Origin: Patescibacteria group bacterium
Lineage (GTDB): Bacteria > Patescibacteriota > Minisyncoccia > Phycocordibacterales > EsbW-18
NCBI GenBank assembly: GCA_038064475.1
Contig: JBBTTA010000001.1
Coordinates: forward strand, 187,795 to 251,794
DNA: 64,000 nucleotides
Reading direction: 5' to 3'
Below are positions 57,418 through 64,000 of the stretch, piece after piece. A program made the position numbers and the translations under genes. Positions within the stretch are counted from its first letter, which is position 1. The number at the start of each line of letters is the position of its first letter. The notes under the pieces are model-generated. The model was not told the origin of the DNA and did no database searches. It saw nothing but the letters and a program-made list of their open reading frames with translations.

Positions 57418-58872
57418 CTACGTTTCTTTTGGTGTTGTGTCGATAATCGTAAAATCTTCTGCACGAAGCTCACCTACATTCATTTTTGGTGTCGCGAGCA
57501 TTCGTGAAGATACAACATACAGAACACCAAGTCCCGCGACAATACAAAGTGTAAAAAAGAGAAGTTGACCAAGTGGTTGTTCGCGCTGTGTGCTTTCACG
57601 AACACTTGCGACAACAGAAGACGCAGTTACTATGCTTACCTTTTCTTCTTCACTAGTTGTTGCTTCCTTTTTCTCTTCCTGTTGTACCTCATCGGGCATA
57701 AATGCTGTTTCCAAAATTGGTGAAAGTGTAATCGGTGTCATCTCAACAACATCAGTCCCCACAACAACATTCTCATATTCAGTTACACGACGTTCATTGG
57801 GATACAAAAGAGATACTTCATCCCCTTCTTCTGGTCGCAGACCTGTGGTGTACGCAGAAAACTTAACGGGAACATCTGAAATAAGAAATGTATTCTCCGG
57901 AAACGTAAATGTGCGGTCCATTCCTGATCGCCGACGATATTCCACATATATTTTCCAATCCGAAATATCAAGTTGGCTTCCTGTCGTATTAAGAAGCTCA
58001 ATAAACCCCTCTTCTCCCCATACCACGTGTGAAATAACAATGTCCGCCGACACGACAGTTACCATACGCTCATCTTTTGATTTCTGATTGTTTGAAGAAA
58101 TAGAAAACACAGCAACATACATACCTGGTTCACGATATGCATGTGTCACGTCTTTACCAGATTTCGTATCCCCATCACCAAATGTCCATGTGTAATGCAC
58201 CCCGCTTAACGATTCATTCTTATCGTTCACTGCATAGCCCTCGAACGTAACATGTGCCCCTGCGGGGACGGTTACGTCATCCCCAGCATATGCAAAGACA
58301 ACTTGTTTGTATCCTCCTGTTATCTTTGGTTTTGAAGTAGTCCCGCCTGTTGAACCAGTTCCTCCACTACCCGTATCTTGTACACTGTTTTCTGCCTTTG
58401 GCGTTGGTGTACCCGTAATCCACGACGCATCTGTTTGCCGTTGCGCTGTATGCTTCGTCGTATTATTGCCACCAAGCGACCAATTGCTTCCCCCCACTGC
58501 TGTATCAATCACTGTGTGTGTCGAATCATACAGGGTTAGTATCTCGCCTGTATTTCCGAGTGTTCCTGAATATATAAGGTCGGCAGAAACATCCGGCGCG
58601 CTTTCATCATCCGTTCTCTCAAGAATATAGAAAGTTCCAGCAGCAATTGTTCCTGAAAGGGTGACAGAGGGATCACCGTCTAGAGCAATGAGTGTCCATC
58701 CTAAAAGATCGACACTCTCTACACCATTGTTGTAGAGCTCAATCCACTCATCACTCGCAGACACCGTCGTTCCCATCCATGCAATTTCATTAATGACGAT
58801 ATTTGCATGCACCAAGTGTGGCGAGAGAAAAAATACTGCAAACAAAAATATATACTGCGGAACATATTTCAT
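57418..58872 (-). CDS. Surface protein with lamin-tail and PKD domains and a C-terminal TM
   Basis: INEIAWMG...DEWIELYN, WTFGDG...HAYREPG; signal peptide from MKYVPQ. Confidence 0.85.
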   Translation of the reverse strand: MKYVPQYIFLFAVFFLSPHLVHANIVINEIAWMGTTVSASDEWIELYNNGVESVDLLGWTLIALDGDPSVTLSGTIAAGTFYILERTDDESAPDVSADLIYSGTLGNTGEILTLYDSTHTVIDTAVGGSNWSLGGNNTTKHTAQRQTDASWITGTPTPKAENSVQDTGSGGTGSTGGTTSKPKITGGYKQVVFAYAGDDVTVPAGAHVTFEGYAVNDKNESLSGVHYTWTFGDGDTKSGKDVTHAYREPGMYVAVFSISSNNQKSKDERMVTVVSADIVISHVVWGEEGFIELLNTTGSQLDISDWKIYVEYRRRSGMDRTFTFPENTFLISDVPVKFSAYTTGLRPEEGDEVSLLYPNERRVTEYENVVVGTDVVEMTPITLSPILETAFMPDEVQQEEKKEATTSEEEKVSIVTASSVVASVRESTQREQPLGQLLFFTLCIVAGLGVLYVVSSRMLATPKMNVGELRAEDFTIIDTTPKET

Positions 58873-58906
58873 GCGATGAGTGTACACATGTGTGCTCAAG
58901 AAAAAG

Positions 58907-58947
58907 TAAAAAACACGGCTCGACAAAATGTCGAGCCGTGTTTTTTT
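58907..58947. terminator. Bidirectional terminator-like hairpin
   Basis: aaaaaacacggctcgaca-aaa-tgtcgagccgtgttttttt. Confidence 0.7.
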
Positions 58948-59140
58948 GGGGTCAGACCCCACCTTTCGATCTGTTTCCTTCCACCTTCCCAACTTTTTAA
59001 CTTAAAAACTTCCTAACTTATTTACCCTCGCGTTCAAATAGCTTCTTCAAAACGTGTTCAGGAACTTCTTTTTGCCTGTCCTCTAATTTTCCGTGTGTAG
59101 TCTGTGGGGTCTGACCCCCTTCGGTGGGGTCAGACCCCAC
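58948..59140. repeat. Three REP-like GGGGTC(A/T)GACCCC palindromes
   Basis: 58948-58960, 59106-59118 and 59126-59138. Confidence 0.8.
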
Positions 59141-60898
59141 TTTTGTCGGCTTTGGTTCGTGTCGTTTTTCTTGAACAGGTTTTGATTCTTCTCGCTTCTG
59201 TTCTTTTGGTTGAATATTCTGTGTAGCCGCTTGTACTCCTGCATCACCCAGCACGGCCGCAAGCGCATCACGGAGTTCAGCAACGTGCTGTGGTGTTGGT
59301 CCTTTTGCACGCCTCTGTTCTTCACGATTTTCTTGACGCAATTTATCCAGTGACATTGCCTTCCGCACTTCTGCTTCGCGATCTTCTGCTTTTTTCTGTG
59401 GCGCTCGTTCCGCTTCGAAACGCCTCTGCCCGCCACTCATACCACCTCTATTTTCCGCACCCTCAGGACGTCTCTCGGAACGCTCAGGCCGTCGTTCTCC
59501 CCCACCTTGTCGTGGTGCTCCCCCCTCGCGACGTGGCACCTCACTACGACCTCCTCCCCCGCCTTCTCGTTCTCCTTCTCGTTTTTGACCAAATGATTTC
59601 TTGTGCCACTGAATAATGTCCTCCTCAATCGCCTGTCGTGGGCGTGCAAATTGCTCTTGTGAACGCCCAATCGCAACATCACGATATGACACCGTTGGAA
59701 GTTCAATTGGGGGTAACGTACGAGCAGAAAATGGAGATGAGGCAATATCATCAATCATCAATTTTAAATACACCTGATACTTATCAAGGTTTACGAGATC
59801 CTCTGCAGTAAACACCGGCGCAAATTCTTTCTCCAAATATTCTGCATCCGTTGCTCCCACGCGGAACGTCAGCATGGTTCCGACGTTACCAAACACAGCC
59901 GCACGCACTTCGTCAGACATTTGTTCAATGTACTGGTGCGCCATTGTGAGGTTCAGTTTGTATTTGCGCGCTTCAGAAAGAATGTTTGCAAATGATTCGT
60001 TCGCAAATGACTGGAATTCATCCACGTAGAGATAAAAGTTTGGAAGTTTATTGAGTTCTTTTTCCGTGAGATCTGCGCGTGACATCGCCGCAAGATAAAT
60101 TTTTGTGATAAGCATTGAACCAAGAAGACTCGCGCTGTCTTCACCTATTTGTCCTTTTGAGAGGTTGATGATGATAATCTTTTTCTGATCCATCATCTCG
60201 CGGATATTAAATGTGGACTTTGCCTGCCCGATGATATTTCGAATAACAGGGTTTGCAGTAAATTGTCCAACCTTGTTTTGAATTGCCGGTGTTGCTTCCT
60301 GCGCAAAACGTTCAGTATAGTTTGCAAATTCATCTTCCCAGAATGACTTCACGCCTGGATCTGTCACATGTGACACTACAAGTTTTCGATATTCTTTATC
60401 CGCAAGCATGCGATTGATACCGAGAAGTGTTGAGCCTGGATATTCAAGCAACGCCAAAATCGTGTTGTTCAAAATGTACTCCATGCGCGCCGACCACGCA
60501 TCAACCCAAATCTTTTTGAATGCTGACATAAGACCCGCAGCAACAAGGTGGCGCTTATCCGGTCCAATATCTTCCATCACGTTGAATGCGACCGGATGCT
60601 CGAGGTCAAATGGCGCAAAATAAAGCACATCATTCAAACGGTGCTCAGGAATGTAATTCAAAAGAAGGTCGGCAGTCTTTCCGTGCGGATCGATGAAGGC
60701 AAACCCTTCCCCATTCTGAATATCCTGCACCGCCATATTTTCGAGCAACACTGACTTACCGACACCAGTCTTACCGATGACGTAGATATGTCGCGTACGG
60801 TCTTTTGCTTTGATGCCAAACTTCACCCGCTTGTTGCGGTGGTCTGTTTCTCCTATGTACGTAACACGAGCGGGATTGTACGGTTCTTGAGGAGCCAT
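59018..60898 (-). CDS. VirD4/TrwB/HerA-like (DUF87-type) P-loop ATPase with low-complexity tail
   Basis: DRTRHIYVIGKTGVGKS, FIDPHG, LYVDEFQ, SEARKY, AHQY; probable start MAPQEP. Confidence 0.9.
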   Translation of the reverse strand: MAPQEPYNPARVTYIGETDHRNKRVKFGIKAKDRTRHIYVIGKTGVGKSVLLENMAVQDIQNGEGFAFIDPHGKTADLLLNYIPEHRLNDVLYFAPFDLEHPVAFNVMEDIGPDKRHLVAAGLMSAFKKIWVDAWSARMEYILNNTILALLEYPGSTLLGINRMLADKEYRKLVVSHVTDPGVKSFWEDEFANYTERFAQEATPAIQNKVGQFTANPVIRNIIGQAKSTFNIREMMDQKKIIIINLSKGQIGEDSASLLGSMLITKIYLAAMSRADLTEKELNKLPNFYLYVDEFQSFANESFANILSEARKYKLNLTMAHQYIEQMSDEVRAAVFGNVGTMLTFRVGATDAEYLEKEFAPVFTAEDLVNLDKYQVYLKLMIDDIASSPFSARTLPPIELPTVSYRDVAIGRSQEQFARPRQAIEEDIIQWHKKSFGQKREGEREGGGGGRSEVPRREGGAPRQGGGERRPERSERRPEGAENRGGMSGGQRRFEAERAPQKKAEDREAEVRKAMSLDKLRQENREEQRRAKGPTPQHVAELRDALAAVLGDAGVQAATQNIQPKEQKREESKPVQEKRHEPKPTKVGSDPTEGGQTPQTTHGKLEDRQKEVPEHVLKKLFEREGK

Positions 60899-60936
60899 TG
60901 CTGTAGACAGTATACGACTGAGTTGGTAAAAAGAAA

Positions 60937-60977
60937 ACCGCCCAGCTCCAGTTTCGTAAAAACTGGGGCTGGGCGGT
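60937..60977 (-). terminator. GC hairpin with U-tract, closing the small-gene operon
   Basis: accgcccagctccagttt-cgta-aaactggggctgggcggt, followed by tttctttt on the minus strand. Confidence 0.7.
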
Positions 60978-60978
60978 A

Positions 60979-61180
60979 CTACTGGCATCCGACGCCGGCG
61001 TCGGATGCCCTTGAGAGCGAACACTACCCAGAAAAGAAAGACTGTCAGGAGCACTTGCGGAGTGTGCCTCCCGCTCACCACGACACACCCGAGACTTGCA
61101 AGGGTTGCTGTAACAAACGGAATGAAGAGTCCCCCTGTTCCGGACAAGACGAGAGCGAGTGGAAAAAGAAATCGCTTCAT
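60979..61180 (-). CDS. Small membrane protein that has no stop of its own and reads through into the ATPase frame
   Basis: MKRFLFPLALVLSG... hydrophobic; ATGA-coupled to the upstream ORF; end uncertain. Confidence 0.4.
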
Positions 61181-61485
61181 GTGGTTCTCTCACGGAAACC
61201 AAAGGTGTTGGTTTTGACCGTTCCGACCATCTCCCACCCTGCGTTGTTGCATGCTTCTTCGACTCTGATGACAACTTGGTACTTCACCTCATACGAAATT
61301 GTCTTCGGAAACTCGAAAGATGCATGCCCATGGAGAATGAGTGCGGGGGTGATGGTTTCAAGAATGTGGTCCGTAAGCCACTGATAATTGTTTCGAAGCT
61401 CTTTTGCTCCCTCAAAAGTAACCATCAGCCGGCCGCCCTTTCCGTGGGATGCTCGTTGTACCGACTCCAGAAACAGTGCTTGCAC
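61177..61485 (-). CDS. Hypothetical protein
   Basis: ORF in a tightly coupled small-gene string; start may be ATG near 61425. Confidence 0.5.
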   Translation of the reverse strand: MQALFLESVQRASHGKGGRLMVTFEGAKELRNNYQWLTDHILETITPALILHGHASFEFPKTISYEVKYQVVIRVEEACNNAGWEMVGTVKTNTFGFRERTT

Positions 61486-61604
61486 TCGTCAGGGTCGTCC
61501 ATCATTGGCTCTCCGCAATTCAAACAAGGCGGGTAGTCTTGTGGGTCTTGAGACAATGGAACTCTGGGTTCCTGCCCCTCCAACAACTCCTTGAACCACG
61601 CCAT
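61425..61604 (-). CDS. Small Zn-ribbon-like protein
   Basis: SD aggag; CLNC...CKHC. Confidence 0.55.
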   Translation of the reverse strand: MAWFKELLEGQEPRVPLSQDPQDYPPCLNCGEPMMDDPDECKHCFWSRYNEHPTERAAG

Positions 61605-61621
61605 CGCATCTCCTCTTATGG

Positions 61622-62104
61622 TTAGATAGCGTCGTACAGCTTGCGACAATGAAGTCGTATGCGACGACGCTCTTTCACACTCACGAACGTCGAGCGTCGT
61701 AATCTGCGCTCTGATTCACTCTTGTTTTCGACAGTACGAAGAAAGAGATTTGGAAAGTTCGGTCGTGATTCAAGAATAAAACGGAACTTGCCATGAAGCC
61801 AGTACTCCGTCTTTTTGAATTTATTCGTCAACATCCTATGAATTCGTTCTGATTCAGGGAGGCTACCTAGAGAAGCCTCGAGAAGTCTTGCCTGCATTTT
61901 AAGCATGGCTTCTGCATCAGAAGCATCCCGGTTCATCAATACACGTTCTTTGAACCTGTCGATCGCATGCTGTGATACAAGAGCCTCCCGTCCATCGGGA
62001 AGCAACATAATGAAACGGATTACAGTCACCCCATTCTCCTTTCTCTGAACAGTTAAAGAGCCTGTGTCTGCCAAGACACTATCAAAAAAATCGTATAAGA
62101 ACAA
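61622..62104 (-). CDS. Hypothetical protein (start uncertain)
   Basis: SQHAIDRFKER motif; first gene of the small-gene string. Confidence 0.5.
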   Translation of the reverse strand: MFLYDFFDSVLADTGSLTVQRKENGVTVIRFIMLLPDGREALVSQHAIDRFKERVLMNRDASDAEAMLKMQARLLEASLGSLPESERIHRMLTNKFKKTEYWLHGKFRFILESRPNFPNLFLRTVENKSESERRLRRSTFVSVKERRRIRLHCRKLYDAI

Positions 62105-62210
62105 GGAGATTAGTTTTCATCTGTTTCACTCGTCGAAGGAGTTACCGAGGCTTCAGTCAATAATGCCGCTTCTGTGTAGGTATTGCCCGCGTCCCCCTCC
62201 TTCGCCAAGG

Positions 62211-63536
62211 CTACGGCAGGGCAGGCACAGTGCCCAATTCATCAGGGTGTAAAGCAGCTTCTGTATACGTATTTCCTGCATCCCACAAAGCCCACGAGTT
62301 TAAACCGGCATCGTATGTTGCGGTGATCTGTGCGCGAACCATGTCGGCTGTGTACGTCGCGCCGAGATTAAAATCTTGAAGCCATGGACGAAGTTGAAGT
62401 GCGTTGATATTACCGTGACCTTTTTCTGCCTGTTCACGAAGCGCAATCATGTCGGTTGATGTAGATGTTGAGTCTTTTGCGGCCGCAAGGATGTTCGCGC
62501 GTCGAACTGCTGCATCCATTGAGTATTTCACGACTGCATACGGATCGGTAGCTGGCTTTGCAATACCAATAAAGCCTGCGTTGTAGTGCGAGGGATACAC
62601 CATCGGCATGACGAAATTAAAGTATGGAAGCGCACGTTCAATGACCTGCCCAATACCAAGATCATCAGTGTTTGTTGTGGTGTAGCCAAAGAGATCAACA
62701 GAGAGTGCCGGCACATCGTCAACTTCGTCCCATGGTTCTGATAATTCATCGTAGAGATATGCAAAAAAACTTTCAAGTACATCTGCTTTTGGCTTTCCTT
62801 CAGAAAGCGTAAAGGCAATATCTTTCATGTTGCCGTCTGATGGATAGCGTACGTAGTCATAGTTCAACTCATCAAAACCAATCTCAAATGACTCTTTTGA
62901 AACTTCAACAATGTATTTCCAGAAATCACGCGCACCGACATCAATAAATGAAAGCCCTTTGTGATCCTTCCATACCGTGCCATCGCTCGCTTTCTTTACC
63001 GCGAGCTCTGGGTGCACCGACGAGTAGAACGGGTCTTGGAACACCGTGATGCGACCGATGATGTAGATATCTTTGTCGTGGAGCCGCTGTACGAAATCTT
63101 TCATGTCGTGTGCCCCGCACGCATCAGACACCGACGGAGCAACTGCAGGGTTGCCCGTCGGGAATGCGACCTTGCCCGTGTAGTCTTTGATGTCGATGAC
63201 CACAGCGTTGAGTTCGGTCTCGTCAATGAGCGCAACAAGTTCGTCACGGAATGATGGTGTGCCCACAACACACTGGGTCATGTAGATCGCCTTCACGACA
63301 TCAGGAGTTTTTATATGTGGCACTGTATCTTTCTTTGGGGGCAACAGTGCCTCAAGAATATTTGTCGTTGTTGCTGTGCCACCCCGTTCATACGTGCGAG
63401 AAAAAAGTCGCGGAGCACCGAACATAAAGAAAAGAAAACACAACACAAAGAAACCGAGCCCCACTGCGGAAAGATGGCCTTGTTTTTTTGGCTTTTGATT
63501 TTGTGCCTTTTGTTTTTGTTCGAGATTCGGAGGCAT
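62211..63536 (-). CDS. Putative glycoside hydrolase (DUF4015-like), membrane anchored
   Basis: VKAIYMT, NAVVIDIKDYTG, GFDELNYDYVRYPSDG, PMVYPSHY, LRPWLQDF. Confidence 0.85.
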   Translation of the reverse strand: MPPNLEQKQKAQNQKPKKQGHLSAVGLGFFVLCFLFFMFGAPRLFSRTYERGGTATTTNILEALLPPKKDTVPHIKTPDVVKAIYMTQCVVGTPSFRDELVALIDETELNAVVIDIKDYTGKVAFPTGNPAVAPSVSDACGAHDMKDFVQRLHDKDIYIIGRITVFQDPFYSSVHPELAVKKASDGTVWKDHKGLSFIDVGARDFWKYIVEVSKESFEIGFDELNYDYVRYPSDGNMKDIAFTLSEGKPKADVLESFFAYLYDELSEPWDEVDDVPALSVDLFGYTTTNTDDLGIGQVIERALPYFNFVMPMVYPSHYNAGFIGIAKPATDPYAVVKYSMDAAVRRANILAAAKDSTSTSTDMIALREQAEKGHGNINALQLRPWLQDFNLGATYTADMVRAQITATYDAGLNSWALWDAGNTYTEAALHPDELGTVPALP

Positions 63537-63537
63537 A

Positions 63538-63693
63538 CTACATCGTTTGTTTATTATGCACAGACACTAAAAGAATAATGAGTGCGCCTGCGATTGCCGC
63601 AATCCAACCTTTCCATGCGTACGGCACGGCAATAAAAGGCATGAGACAGAGCAGGACGCCAATAGCAATAAGCATTTTGTGGTATATATTCAT
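63538..63693 (-). CDS. Small 51 aa two-TM protein (below the ORF-track cutoff)
   Basis: MNIYHKMLIAIGVLLCLMPFIAVPYAWKGWIAAIAGALIILLVSVHNKQTM*; TATACT upstream; stop 1 nt from the next ATG. Confidence 0.6.
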   Translation of the reverse strand: MNIYHKMLIAIGVLLCLMPFIAVPYAWKGWIAAIAGALIILLVSVHNKQTM

Positions 63694-63854
63694 ACGCCAA
63701 CTAGTATACCCAGCACATAACTTTTGCGCCAGAAAAAGTTATGTGGCTTCGGTATACCCGTCTTAGCCTCTAGGAAAAAAATGGAAAAGGGTGTAGCTTA
63801 GATACAGGAAGTTCTTCACGGCAGGAGGGTAACCTCCGGAAAGGAGAAGTGGGT

Positions 63855-64000
63855 ATGCAGCCACGAGGACCGACGAGAGGGGCTGTCAAAAAGCGCGGCT
63901 TCATCGACGGCCGGCAGCGCGGCAGGAAAGCAATCATCAGGTTCAGCTCGCCTTCCGGCTCGCAACGCAGTGGATTTGTCCGCTGTCGGCAGCGCGGAGT
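63855..64000 (+). CDS. Possible ORF start running off the window edge
   Basis: aaggag upstream of ATG 63855; frame open to 64000. Confidence 0.3.
   Translation, partial: MQPRGPTRGAVKKRGFIDGRQRGRKAIIRFSSPSGSQRSGFVRCRQRG

Noticed and set aside
59018-60898. ATPase as part of a conjugative element
   Set aside because: No relaxase, VirB genes or integrase in the window; such ATPases are common stand-alone CPR genes

Overview
Chromosomal window from a small-genome bacterium using the standard genetic code. Gene content (truncated PheS, short EF-Ts, split transketolase, LamG, lamin-tail and O-antigen-ligase-like surface proteins, VirD4/HerA-like ATPase) points to Patescibacteria/CPR, probably Parcubacteria; this is an inference. 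Contents: translation genes (pheT, pheS, tRNA-Thr, tsf, rpsB, prfA, rpmE, rplY, gatB, obgE), a pentose-phosphate/glycolysis cluster, secA, murB and a ~22 kb surface-glycan cluster. Main highlights: (1) A complete diversity-generating retroelement (RT, Avd, TR, VR-bearing target). It forms a 2,767 bp island with no integrase, bounded by a 40 bp duplication of the prfA 3' end, so the RT ends in an RF1 C-terminal tail. Its avd is antisense to the rest and appears frameshifted at a C9 tract. (2) A dispersed family of small elements with c(c/a)cg-starting inverted termini and 6 bp flanking duplications. Three of them sit on start codons: one carries a GIY-YIG nuclease, and two 98 bp twins add the same kind of 18-aa leader to glycosyltransferases. 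(3) An NlpC/P60 peptidase domain with its catalytic residues present, inserted in frame inside PheT. (4) A recurrent -10 box exactly 6 nt before ATG, suggesting leaderless transcripts. All alignments and counts were done by eye; no database searches were run.
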